NCBI GenBank assembly: GCA_937906925.1
Contig: CALCTR010000029.1
Span: forward strand, 12,119 to 76,118
DNA: 64,000 bases
Direction: 5' to 3'
From: an uncultured Alphaproteobacteria bacterium
Lineage (GTDB): Bacteria; Pseudomonadota; Alphaproteobacteria; CAAHEQ01; UBA3637
Part shown: positions 8,916 through 20,200 of the stretch, piece by piece
Numbering within the stretch: position 1 is the first letter of the stretch
How the letters are laid out: each line of letters begins with the position of its first letter
The notes under the pieces: generated by a model
Told to the model about the DNA's origin: nothing
What the model saw: the letters and a program-made list of their open reading frames with translations, nothing else
The model's database searches: none
Position numbers and translations under genes: made by a program

Positions 8916-10207
8916 TATTTTTTCTCACATACAATCAAATATTTTAACAAAACAAGAGCCGGAAACATTAACACACCCGTAAAAAGGAAAAACAATGCCC
9001 ATCCCATTTTTTCAGCCCAAACACCACTGTAAACAGATACAACACTAACTGCCAACATCATCAGGCTACTTAACAAAGCATACTGCGTTGCCGAATATTT
9101 TTTTGAACAAAGTCCTGATAAAAAAGCCACAAAAACAGCACCCCCCATACCTCCAACAATGTTATCAAATAAAATAACTGTTAAAAACATACTTGTTGAT
9201 TCGGGATAAAAAGAAAAAAGACTAAAAACACATGAAGTTAAAATTTCAACAAATCCCAGTGCCATTAACAATTTTAAAATAGGATAACGCATAACCAAAA
9301 CACCACCTAAAGCGACACCGATTAAGGTAATCCAAGGGCCGATTGTTCCGGAAATAAGGGCTATTTCTGTTTTTGAAAAACCAAGCTCTCTATAAAATGG
9401 TAGAGCCATTCGCCCCAAAACAGCATTACATAATTTATAAAGGACTATAAAAAACAAAATCCACGCCCAATTTATTCGCGTCATAAAATCACGAAAAGGA
9501 GCGACAATCATATCGTATAAAAAAGAACCATTTTTTGTACAAGCAGAACTTGTTTTTTCCTCTTTAACAAAAAAGGTACTGAACAACCCGCCGAACAATA
9601 ATAAACCAACCACCATATAAGCTGTCTGCCAACCAATAACAGCTGAAAGAGCCACAACACCGGCACCAGCCAATAACATACCCATTCTGTATCCAAATTG
9701 ATACATGCCAGCCCCTTCACCAAACTCTTCTTTCTTAAGCGTATCAATTCTTAAGGCATCAACAACAATATCCTGACTGGCAGCAAAAAAAGCAACTAAA
9801 AAAGAAAATAGATATGTTTGCAATGGGATGACAATCTGTTCTTTTTCGCCCTGATATAAAAATGTCCATGTATTTTTTTCAGGAGAATAACAAGATAACC
9901 CTATCACACTTAAAATTAAACCCATTTGAAAAAGAAGCAACCATGCTTTCTTAGCCCCTATTTTGTTTGAAAAATATGGAAGTTTTATTTTATCAATCAG
10001 CGGAGCCCATACAAACTTAAAATTATACGGTAACAGCACAAGAGCAAAAAAGCCAATAACACTTAAAGCAATACCAACATCAGCCATCCATAGTGAAAGT
10101 GAATAACCAATTAAGCTGTATGGTAAACCACAAGAAAAACCCAAAAAAAAGAAAATAAAAACAGCCGGTTTTAAATACCCCTTCAAAGAATCAACCCAAC
10201 TTTTCAT
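8915..10207 (-). CDS. ampG: AmpG-family MFS muropeptide permease
   Basis: 430 aa with many TM segments. The N-terminal FLGFSCGLPYSLIGYSLSLWMADVGI...LPYNFKFVWAPLIDK matches the AmpG/PAT family signature. Confidence 0.8.
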   Translation of the reverse strand: MKSWVDSLKGYLKPAVFIFFFLGFSCGLPYSLIGYSLSLWMADVGIALSVIGFFALVLLPYNFKFVWAPLIDKIKLPYFSNKIGAKKAWLLLFQMGLILSVIGLSCYSPEKNTWTFLYQGEKEQIVIPLQTYLFSFLVAFFAASQDIVVDALRIDTLKKEEFGEGAGMYQFGYRMGMLLAGAGVVALSAVIGWQTAYMVVGLLLFGGLFSTFFVKEEKTSSACTKNGSFLYDMIVAPFRDFMTRINWAWILFFIVLYKLCNAVLGRMALPFYRELGFSKTEIALISGTIGPWITLIGVALGGVLVMRYPILKLLMALGFVEILTSCVFSLFSFYPESTSMFLTVILFDNIVGGMGGAVFVAFLSGLCSKKYSATQYALLSSLMMLAVSVVSVYSGVWAEKMGWALFFLFTGVLMFPALVLLKYLIVCEKK

Positions 10208-10267
10208 TTTTTACTCCCAATGTGAAAGGCGAAAAATTTGTTACATTTTTCGCCTCATAATAAAGAA

Positions 10268-12091
10268 TTAATCTTCTTTTCTACGTTCGTATTTACGTCT
10301 TTCGTTGCTATCCAAGTATCTCTTTCTTAACCGAATATTTTGAGGTGTTACTTCAACAAGTTCATCATCTTCAATATAAGAAAGGGCCACTTCCAAGCTC
10401 ATCACTCTCGGCGGATAAAGAAGAACGTTATCATCCTTTCCGGCTGCACGCATATTTGTCAGCTTTTTACCTTTAATCGGATTTACTTCAATATCCCCCG
10501 GTTTTGCATTTGCACCAATAATCATACCAGCATAAACCGTAACACCGGCCGGAATAAATAACGGACCGCGTTCTTGAATATTAAAAAGTGCATATGGAAC
10601 AGCTTTACCTTGTTCTGTAGAAATTAAAACACCATTTCTACGGCCGGTAATTTGTCCTTTATAAGGTGCATAGCTATGAAACAATCTGTTCATAACACCG
10701 GTACCGCAAGTATCTGTTAAAAATTCACTATAATACCCGATTAAACCTCTGGAAGGAGCGATAAAGGTTAATCTTGTTTTACCTCCTCCACTAGGCATCA
10801 TCTCTGTCATTTCCGCTTTACGCAGACTCATTTTTTCAACAACAACACCCGTATAGGCATCATCAACATCAATGACAACCTCTTCCATCGGCTCTAACTT
10901 TTTGCCATCTTCATCTTCTTTAAATACAACACGCGGACGAGAAACAGAAAGTTCATAGCCTTCACGACGCATCGTTTCAATTAAAACACCCAACTGTAAT
11001 TCTCCGCGACCGGCAACTTCAAAGGCATCTGTTGTATCTGTTCTTGAAACGCGCAAAGCAATATTGCCTTCCGCTTCTTTGCACAACCTATCCCATATCA
11101 TACGAGAGGTAACCTTGTCCCCCTCCGTTCCGGCTAATGGGGATGTATTGATTGAAAATGTCATCGCCAATGTTGGCGGATCAATCGGTTCTGCTTGAAT
11201 AGGCTCTGAAACAGTGGACTCACACAAAGTATCTGAAACTGTCGCATCTGTCATACCGGCAATACTGACAATATCTCCGGCAACACCCTCATCAATTGGT
11301 TGACGTTTTAATCCTCTAAAAGCCAAAATTTTTGAAGCACGAGCCGTTTCAACCGGTTTTCCCTCACGAGTAATAGCCTTAATCATTTGGTTTGTTTTAA
11401 TTTTACCAGACAAAATACGACCCGTCAAGATACGACCGACAAACGGATCAGCCTCCAATGTCGTAACAAGCATTCTAAACGGCCCTGTTTCATCACATGC
11501 CGGAGCCGGTACGTGTTCAACAATTTTTTTAAACAACGGCATAATATCTTTACGTTCATCTGCCAAATCGTTGACAGCCCAACCCTCTCTGCCTGAAGCA
11601 AATAACGTTGGAAAATCTAACTGTTCCTCCGTTGCACCCAAATTGTCAAAAAGGTCAAAAACCTCATTATGGACTTCATCCGGACGTGCATCGGCTCTAT
11701 CAATCTTATTGATAACAACGATTGGACGCAAACCTAATTTTAAAGCTTTTGACAAGACAAACTTTGTCTGCGGTAAAGGTCCCTCTGCTGAATCAACCAA
11801 TAAAATAACACCATCAACCATAGACAAAATACGTTCAACCTCACCACCAAAATCAGCATGCCCTGGTGTATCAACAATGTTGATTCTGATATTATTCCAC
11901 TCTACAGAGGTACATTTTGCAAAAATTGTAATGCCACGTTCTCGCTCCAAATCGTTTGAATCCATTGCACAAGTTACTACTTGTTGATTTTCACGGTACG
12001 CACCGCTTTGTTTTAAAAACGCATCTACAAACGTTGTTTTACCGTGATCAACGTGTGCGATAATTGCAATATTTCTCATTTCCTGTGTCAT
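10268..12091 (-). CDS. typA: Translational GTPase TypA/BipA
   Basis: RNIAIIAHVDHGKTT, DTPGHADFGGEVER and NKIDR motifs, collinear with BipA. I prefer the ATG at 12091 (MTQEMRNIAII, preceded by AGAGG) over the track start at 12124. Confidence 0.95.
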   Translation of the reverse strand: MTQEMRNIAIIAHVDHGKTTFVDAFLKQSGAYRENQQVVTCAMDSNDLERERGITIFAKCTSVEWNNIRINIVDTPGHADFGGEVERILSMVDGVILLVDSAEGPLPQTKFVLSKALKLGLRPIVVINKIDRADARPDEVHNEVFDLFDNLGATEEQLDFPTLFASGREGWAVNDLADERKDIMPLFKKIVEHVPAPACDETGPFRMLVTTLEADPFVGRILTGRILSGKIKTNQMIKAITREGKPVETARASKILAFRGLKRQPIDEGVAGDIVSIAGMTDATVSDTLCESTVSEPIQAEPIDPPTLAMTFSINTSPLAGTEGDKVTSRMIWDRLCKEAEGNIALRVSRTDTTDAFEVAGRGELQLGVLIETMRREGYELSVSRPRVVFKEDEDGKKLEPMEEVVIDVDDAYTGVVVEKMSLRKAEMTEMMPSGGGKTRLTFIAPSRGLIGYYSEFLTDTCGTGVMNRLFHSYAPYKGQITGRRNGVLISTEQGKAVPYALFNIQERGPLFIPAGVTVYAGMIIGANAKPGDIEVNPIKGKKLTNMRAAGKDDNVLLYPPRVMSLEVALSYIEDDELVEVTPQNIRLRKRYLDSNERRKYERRKED

Positions 12092-12237
12092 TTTTGCCTC
12101 TTTTAAATATAAAAAATCAACCATTCTTTTATAAGGCAGTAAAAAAACACTGTTAAAAAGAACAACTGACCCATTTTATCAAAATAAATTAATTGGATAG
12201 ATTATACTCTTTTTTTTACAAAAAGTCCAGTTAAAAA

Positions 12238-12801
12238 TTACTTTCGCAATATCTCAACAACCCCATTTAGATGTATTAAGACAATTTGTGAGGGTTGATG
12301 TGTTGCACCTTTTTCAAAAGAAATATCCACAACTCTATCAACTTTTCTTTTAATTTCATCCGATATTTCTTCAAAAGAACAAGGCGTTTTTTCTCCTGAA
12401 AAATTAGCAGAAGTAGATACCAAAGGTTTTTTAAATCTCTCTAAAAGAGTTAAACAAAATTCATTTTTAGGGATCCGAAATGCACCGGATCCGTTTTGAT
12501 TGACAACCCCTGCCGGCAAATTTTTAACTTGAGGAAAAATAACACTTTGTGGCATCGGATTTTCGCATAACAAGCTATGAAACAAGGGGGATATATTTTC
12601 TACATACGGTTTTAAACTTTCTACATCTTTTATCAACACAATAACACTTTTATCTTGCATCCGTCTTTTAATTTTAAAAAGGCGTTGAACCGCTGTTTTA
12701 TTTGTTGCATCGCAACCTAATCCCCAAACCGTATCCGTCGGATATAAAATAACACCCCCCACATTTAAAACATTGACAATTTCATCAATATAATTTTTCA
12801 T
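12238..12801 (-). CDS. tsaC: L-threonylcarbamoyladenylate synthase (TsaC/YrdC family)
   Basis: 187 aa with YPTDTVWGLGCDA...FKIKRR and STSANFSGE motifs typical of the YrdC/Sua5 domain. Confidence 0.85.
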   Translation of the reverse strand: MKNYIDEIVNVLNVGGVILYPTDTVWGLGCDATNKTAVQRLFKIKRRMQDKSVIVLIKDVESLKPYVENISPLFHSLLCENPMPQSVIFPQVKNLPAGVVNQNGSGAFRIPKNEFCLTLLERFKKPLVSTSANFSGEKTPCSFEEISDEIKRKVDRVVDISFEKGATHQPSQIVLIHLNGVVEILRK

Positions 12802-13268
12802 TTAGAACGGTATTTCCCTTGTAAACAATATGAGTCCAAAATATGATCGGCCATTTCCTTTTTCATTTCCTCTAAAGAAAATCCCGTTTTTAAATCAAGC
12901 TCTTTATCTAGAGCATAAACCGTCAAATCATACACATGGTCCTTATCCGGTGGAGCCATACCGCCATATAATGGCAAATTCCAACTATTAGAACCCTGAA
13001 TAAATTCCGCATTGATATTTGAAGCGGCACCCGCAACAAGTTTTGTGTTTTTTAAATTGGCAATCAACCAATGCTGCCAAACAAAGCCACAAACAGGAAC
13101 AGAATCCTTATCATCTAAAATAACAGCAAATGAAACTGTCCCTTTTGGCTCATTTAAAATTTCAAATGGCAAAGAAAAACTCGGCATATCATCTATAAAA
13201 TTCGCACCAAACTTTCCATAAGCATCATCTATAACTCCATTTACAATTCCAGAACTTATAACTTTCAT
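12798..13268 (-). CDS. YbhB/YbcL-family phosphatidylethanolamine-binding (PEBP) protein
   Basis: 156 aa with PEBP motifs ILDDKDSVP...WQHWLIANL and GGMAPPDKDHVYDLTVYALD. Overlaps tsaC by 4 nt. Confidence 0.75.
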   Translation of the reverse strand: MKVISSGIVNGVIDDAYGKFGANFIDDMPSFSLPFEILNEPKGTVSFAVILDDKDSVPVCGFVWQHWLIANLKNTKLVAGAASNINAEFIQGSNSWNLPLYGGMAPPDKDHVYDLTVYALDKELDLKTGFSLEEMKKEMADHILDSYCLQGKYRSK

Positions 13269-13279
13269 TTCAACTCTCC

Positions 13280-14128
13280 TTATCTGTTTAATGCTCCTTG
13301 TAGATATTTTAAATGAGAATCCGTTAAAACTTTATCAATAACAGATCTGACAAAAATATCTATCGGGGTATTCTCATTATAATCAGCCGGTGCAATGATA
13401 TCAGCTCTATCTATACCCAAAAGACTTTTAACTTTTGATTTATGTCCTGATTGATAAACAGCGATTGTATGTCCCCCTTCACGTTTAACTGTTTTCATAG
13501 AAGGAATATCCGTATCACCATCCCCGATATAAATAATATTCGTAAAAGGGATAGGCTTATCTTCATCATTCATATGCTTGTTAATTTTATCATTATCACT
13601 AATATCCAAACAGCCTTTATTGATACGATACAAAAATTGGGTTTTATTGGTGTAATTCACAACTAACCCTGGCCAAAGCACCTCTCCTTTTTTGTCATAC
13701 ATAAAACTAGAAGCAAAAATCTCTCTGAAATAAGGAGCGATTTTGGTTCCTTCCACCATTTCTTTTAGTCCAGAAGAAATAACATAATGCTCTAACGTAA
13801 TGCCTTTACTTTTAGCATAGGTATTCATCCTTACAAACCACTTTTCAACACCTTTAAACAATTTTACATGTGAGGCATAATCTGTTAAATCCTGCTTAGT
13901 AAAGGACAATCCTTTAGCCTTTGCCTCTTCTTTCATTTGATACATATAGGCTAAAATATTATCAATTTTTTTCTTTTTTGCCAGTGTATTGCTTTTTTTC
14001 CAAAATACATCCGGCGTCATATTCAGTTTTTTTATAAATCCGTATTCTTGCATATTGCCGGGGGCCAAAGTGCCATCAAAATCATAGCAAATTGCCATTT
14101 TTACCTTATAAGGTAGTTTTTTTTCCAT
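13280..14128 (-). CDS. HAD-superfamily hydrolase
   Basis: 282 aa with HAD motif I (YDFDGTL) and motif IV (GDGDTD). Confidence 0.7.
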   Translation of the reverse strand: MEKKLPYKVKMAICYDFDGTLAPGNMQEYGFIKKLNMTPDVFWKKSNTLAKKKKIDNILAYMYQMKEEAKAKGLSFTKQDLTDYASHVKLFKGVEKWFVRMNTYAKSKGITLEHYVISSGLKEMVEGTKIAPYFREIFASSFMYDKKGEVLWPGLVVNYTNKTQFLYRINKGCLDISDNDKINKHMNDEDKPIPFTNIIYIGDGDTDIPSMKTVKREGGHTIAVYQSGHKSKVKSLLGIDRADIIAPADYNENTPIDIFVRSVIDKVLTDSHLKYLQGALNR

Positions 14129-14196
14129 TTAAACCTCTTTATCATAATAATGTAGCAGTATATAAGAATTTGAAAAAAATGTAAACACCACTCTAT

Positions 14197-14225
14197 AAAA
14201 AAGCTCTCAAACAGAGAGCTTTTTT
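14197..14225 (-). terminator. Rho-independent terminator of the giant autotransporter gene (symmetric A/T flanks)
   Basis: AGCTCTC-aaaca-GAGAGCT hairpin with A6 on one side and T5 on the other, 8 nt after the stop codon. Confidence 0.8.
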
Positions 14226-14232
14226 ATAGAAA

Positions 14233-17200
14233 CTAAAAGTTTTGTTTCAATCTCATCATACCGCCATGCTCTTGATGTGATTGTCTAAAGGCTCCCGTAT
14301 ATTCAAGAGATAACTCTGTTAAATCACTCAACTGAGCATCTACACCCAATCTAAGGGCCGTACTAAGCGGTGAAAGGGCATCACCCTCAACAACGTAGAC
14401 TGCTTTATTATCTAAAGTATTAACACCTTTTACATCATCAGCCCCTACGTCATATCCAAATAAAACACTCGCTTGCGGTATAATTTTTAAACCACCGATA
14501 GTTCTAGTTGGTGCCGCAAAATCAATGCCAGCCAACATCGTCATATATCTGCTTGTATTATTATCCACATGTGTACCCAAAGAATCTATATACGCCTCTT
14601 GTGTAATATCCATATAACGAGCACCGACCTTAGGCGTAACAACACCAAAATCAAAAGCCAAATCATAGCCTAACATCGCTTGTGCGGTGAAGGTATCAAC
14701 ATTATAGGTGGCTGATGCAGCTGTTGAAAGGATTTGTTTATCTTCTTCATATTGAGATCTGGAGTAACCAACAACACCTTCAACAAACCAAACAGATGGT
14801 TGATATTTGGCAAAGGCAAATGCTGTGTTGGTATCAGCAACGGTATCTCTACCGGTTTGCTCCACATCAGCATGCCCGTATGCATAACCGATACCCATCG
14901 TTAAATCATCATTAACTTTTCTTTGGACACCCAAGACAAAACCGGTTCCTTGAACTTTAAAGCCGTCATCATTTTCATTTTTCACATGATTATAAAGACC
15001 TTTAACCCAAACAGAAGAATTGGGGACATCATCACCACCGGATAACCCTTTAACTTTTGATGTCAACCTTGTGTTATCTGCAATAGCCCCTGTTATACCT
15101 TCAAAGTGATCTGTTGCAATAGTTGTAATAACAGGATTAAAATTACCACCCAATCGGTCTAAAGAATCTACAGCTCTTTTAACTGCCGCAGAATTACCTG
15201 ATTGCAAATGTTCAATTAACTCTGTTTGCAATTTAGCAAAATCCGCATTAGTGGTTCCAAGATTTTCATGCAAAGCCATAATAGCTCCTGTTTGATTTTT
15301 ATCAGAACCAAAATGCTTAGATACTTCTGATGCTTCTTTAGAGATAAATGAATAACGTCCATCAGCCATATCTAAGAACGTATGACTATCGTTATGAACA
15401 GCTGTCGGCAGGGATTCAATATTGTCCATTTTAACAACGTTATACAATCCCATTTCAAAATCTTTACCCAACTCAAAATCTATTTGAGAACCGGATTTTG
15501 CAACAAGGTTTGTACCTGAAAGAGTACCAAAATCATCCAATCCGTTTAGTCCGATTTTTAAAGACGTATCTTCTTTCAAAACAACATCTTTGGCTTTAAC
15601 GTCTATATTTCTAATATCTAAAGTTGATTGTTTTTGTACCGTTAAATCTGCAACTTCTATGTCTTTAATATTTTCACTAAAAATCATATTATTGCTGACA
15701 AGATTATTGCTTGTTTTAAAGCTATCCTGAACTGTTAATTTAGCATTATTCATCGCTAACGTACCGGTACCGGATAAGGCGTTTTTAATTTCCAAATCGT
15801 TTGTTGCAACAATTTTATTTTTATTTTCAACAGAGTCAAAAACAACCTTGTCAGCATCTATTACACCTTCATTTACAACTGTATCAGCCATTGTCTGATT
15901 AAGTGTTGCCGTTCCTGTATTTTTAAGCGTCTTAATTACTCCATCTGAAACAGTTGCATTTAAGGCATTTGTCAGCGTTTCAATTTTATCTTTTGTTGAA
16001 GTAAATTCAGAACTGTTTGTTACATCACCCAAAACCGTATTAAGAGATGTCAATACACCTTTATTATTAAGTGTTGTAACAATAGTTCCTTCTTTTAATT
16101 CGGCCATAGAATTATTGTCAAAATCAACAATTTCTCCACCTGATACCGTTAATTGATTATCATTTGTTGCCATTTCAACTTTTGTATTTGTTAAAGAGGC
16201 ATTTCCCTGATTATTCAATGTCTTAATTACACCTCCTGAAACGCTTGCATTCAATGTATTTGTAAGCGTTTCAACTTTATCATCCGTTGATGTAAATTCA
16301 GATCTGTTTGTTACATTTGTTAAAACCGAGTTTTGTGAAATTAAAACACCGGTATTGTCAAGCGTTGTAACCGTATCATTTTTAAGAGTTGCTTCAGCCT
16401 TATTTATCAACGAGTTAATTGTATCATTTTCAGAGATAAAACTGGCCTCATTTTCCAATTCTTGTAACCCAGATGATTGTGAAACCAATACACCCTCGTT
16501 TTTAACCCCTTGTAACATAGAACCGTTACTGACCAAAAGTTTACCATTTTCTTTATTGTAAACAGAAGCTTTTTCATCTTCAATTCTAACATTATTTAAT
16601 GTTAAACCATACTCTAAGGCATTAGAACCTGTCGCCTCATTCACAATAACATTTGTTTTATCCGGATTAGCCATATCCTTTATAACAACGTTATCAAAAA
16701 ACGCCTCACCGTCTGAGATATTTAATACAGAAGTAGCATTTTTAATACTGAGGTTTTCAACCGTCAATTTTGTTGCCTCATTTGCAACATTAAACATGGA
16801 GAAGCCACCGGCATCAATCGTACTATCAGCAGCATTTAAAGAAGCACCTTGTACCAACTTTTGACCAACATTGGTATTACCAAGTTCTTTTGTCATTTCA
16901 TAGACACCATCGTTTTCAAGTGTCATATAAAAATTACTGTTACCATCATATTGGTTAATATGGGCAAGGGATTCGCCGTTTGTAATACCGACCGCATCAA
17001 TTTGTACGTCTTGTAACTTACCAGAAGTTTTATTCTCAACAATGCTTGTTCCATAAGTATAAGCGTTTGTTACAGCATTGAAAGCACTTTCATAGTCTGT
17101 ATCAAACACAGCATTACCTGATAAAACTTGTGTTGTATAAGAGGTTAAGATACCGTTATCTTTATTGGCATCTTCTTTATTAAATCCGGTCGGAACAACC

Positions 17201-20200
17201 TTAAAGTTAGCATTTTCAGCACTAAATGTATAGGTGTTATTTCCCGTTACGGCAAATAAATCCGATTTTGCGGTTAATCCGTTAAACGAATCATCTTGAG
17301 CATTTGAGATAAGACCAATATCTATAGAAAGTTTGGTCCCTGAACCGGCTATATTTTCAACTTGAACCGTTGAATATTCACCATCTTGCATATCAATATT
17401 ACCACCGTTAAAGGAGTATGTTTCACCAAGATAATCGCCTTTACTTAGCTGAACGGTTGCATTATCAAATTTAACCGTATCAGCTTTAACTCCGGTTTCC
17501 CCCATATCTTTTGCCAGTGTATACGTACCGTTTTTAAAGGTTACTTCACTTGCCTTACCGGTATTATTAATAGAAATATTATTGGCATTATTAACGGTTG
17601 CATTGCCTAATGCATCATGTGTAATAACACCACCTGTTGCAACAGCAGTATAATCTAAAGAATCACCACTTGTATTTAGCTTACCACCTTTAATTATATT
17701 TGTACCACCAAAGAAATTAGTGCTATCAGCTGTGGTTGTACCATCTGTTTGCGTAAATGTACCCTTAAAGTTTTTATTATCACCACTTGCAAAAGTTAAG
17801 GTGCCGCTATTGTTTATATTGCCAACGCCTTTAACGCCTCCTTCTAAGGCAACAGTTCCACTTATATTTATATCTCCGCCATTTGCTGATGTTAAACCGG
17901 ATACAGTTGTCATTCCTTCTAATCTAATAGCGCCATCATTATTGGTAAGGGCTGTAATATCGCCATTGCTAACCGTTGTTTGACCTTTATTTTCAAGTGT
18001 TGTAACAGTTGAATCTACAAGATCTATAGCACCTGCATTTTCATTTTTTACCAAAGTGATTGTAGCATCTGTAAGCGTTGCCTCACCCGTATTTGTTAAA
18101 TCAGCAATTGTATCACCATCTGATACAAAGCTATCACTGTTTGTTACAGAACCCATCTGTGTATTTGTAGAAGCAAGAACACCACTGTTTGCTACACTTT
18201 GAAGTGTTGCATTAGTTGCTTCTAATTTAGCTCCTGTTGCAACCGTTGTATTACCACCAACTGTTGCTGTTTTTTCATCACCGATTAAAGCAACTGTACC
18301 ATCGCTGACTGTTAACGTGTTTGTAATATCCGCATCTGTAAGCGTTGCCACTCCGGTATTGGTTAAATCTGCAATCGTGTCGCCATCTGATACAAAGCTA
18401 TCGCTATTTGTTACAGAACCCATCTGTGTGTTTGTAGAAGCAAGAACACCACTGTTTGCTACACTTTGAAATGTTGCATTAGTTGCTTCTAATTTAGCTC
18501 CTATTGCAACCGTTGTATCGCCACCAACAGAAACTGTTTTTGACCTACCCGTTAATGTAGCTGTTCCCCCGTCTACAGTCAATGTATTTGTGATCTTCGT
18601 ATCTGTGAGTATAGCTTTACCGGTATTGATTAAAGTACCAATCTCACCATTTGTAACCTCACCCCAATAACCATTATTTTCAAGTGCTACAATTTCATCA
18701 CCATCAGAGGTGAAACTGGAATTATTTATCATTTTGTTTATTTTTGAATTTTGAGATGTAAAAGCTACCTTGTTTGTTACTTCATCAACAGATGAGCTGG
18801 ATAACTCTACATAGTTTTTATTCGTTATATCCTGTAATTTACTGTTATTTACAAACAACTGACCGTTTATATCATTTTGTATCAAACCTTTTTCATCTTC
18901 TATAAACACATTGTTTAATGTCAAATTATTTGAGGCATTAGAAATAATGGCGTCTCCCTCTTTATTTTTAGTATTTGAAATAACCACATTATTTAACTCA
19001 GCCCTACCTTTTGACATCGTTAAAACAGAGGTTGCCCCTTGAATCTCTAAATCTTTAATGAGCAAATCCGTTCCGGCATTATTAACATTAAACATTGATT
19101 GTTCATTAGCATCAATAACGCTTTTAACTTCTCCATCAACAGCACCCTGAATGGTCTTTTTACCACTACCTGTTTCACCTAAACCGATATTACCTGTTTG
19201 TTTAGCCATATCATACCATTTTTCAGAAGCATTGATATAAAAAGCACTATCTCCATCATATTGATTAACAGCTTTTAACGAGTTACCATCAGCAGAACGA
19301 ATCGCTGTTAAATCAATACTCTTTGCATCTTGATTTAGAGAAACTTCATACTGATATACATCAGTTGAAACAAAAGCATTATTTTCAGCCGGTGTTTTAA
19401 ATGTTAAATTATTCCCCAACAATACTTGCTTGGTTAAAGAGGTTACTAAACCCGAATCACCAACCGCAGCATTGTTGATAATGTTAACTCTATTTAAGTC
19501 CAAATTAACCAAACCGGAGCCATTTGTCCGTTGCAATGTATCCACAACCATTGTTAATGAACCATCAACCATTTTTAATTCTGCATCAAATGCCAAATTT
19601 GCATTTTCAAGCCCCAAGCTATCAAATGTTGTTGCTGAAATAGCAGAATTTCTGAGGTCCACCAAACTATTCTTAAATCCATATTCAACACCAGTATATG
19701 TAGCATCATTTAACGCAACCGTCGCATTTTCAAAGGTAACGGCTCCACCCGTTCCCATATTGTTTAGTGCGTAAGCTCCGTTTTTAAAGGTAGCACTTCC
19801 GGCTGTCATTGTAATCTTATTTGGTAAAGATGCTTCTGTGCCTGTATGTGTATGTTCTAAAGAACCCCCATTGACAGTAGCCGTATAATCTAAAGAATCA
19901 CCTCTTGTATTTAGCTTACCACCTTCAATTATATTTGTACCACCAAAGAAATTAGTGCTATCAGCTGTGGTCGTACCACCTATTTGCGTAAATGTACCCT
20001 TAAAGTTTGTATTATCACCACTTGCAAAAGTTAAGGTGCCGCTATTGTTTATATTGCCAACGCCTTTAACGCCTCCTTCTAAGGCAACAGTTCCACTTAT
20101 ATTTATATCTCCGCCATTTGCTGATGTTAAACCGGATACAGTTGTTATTCCTTCTAATCTAATAGTGCCGGCATTGTTGCTAAGGGCTGTAATCTCACCA

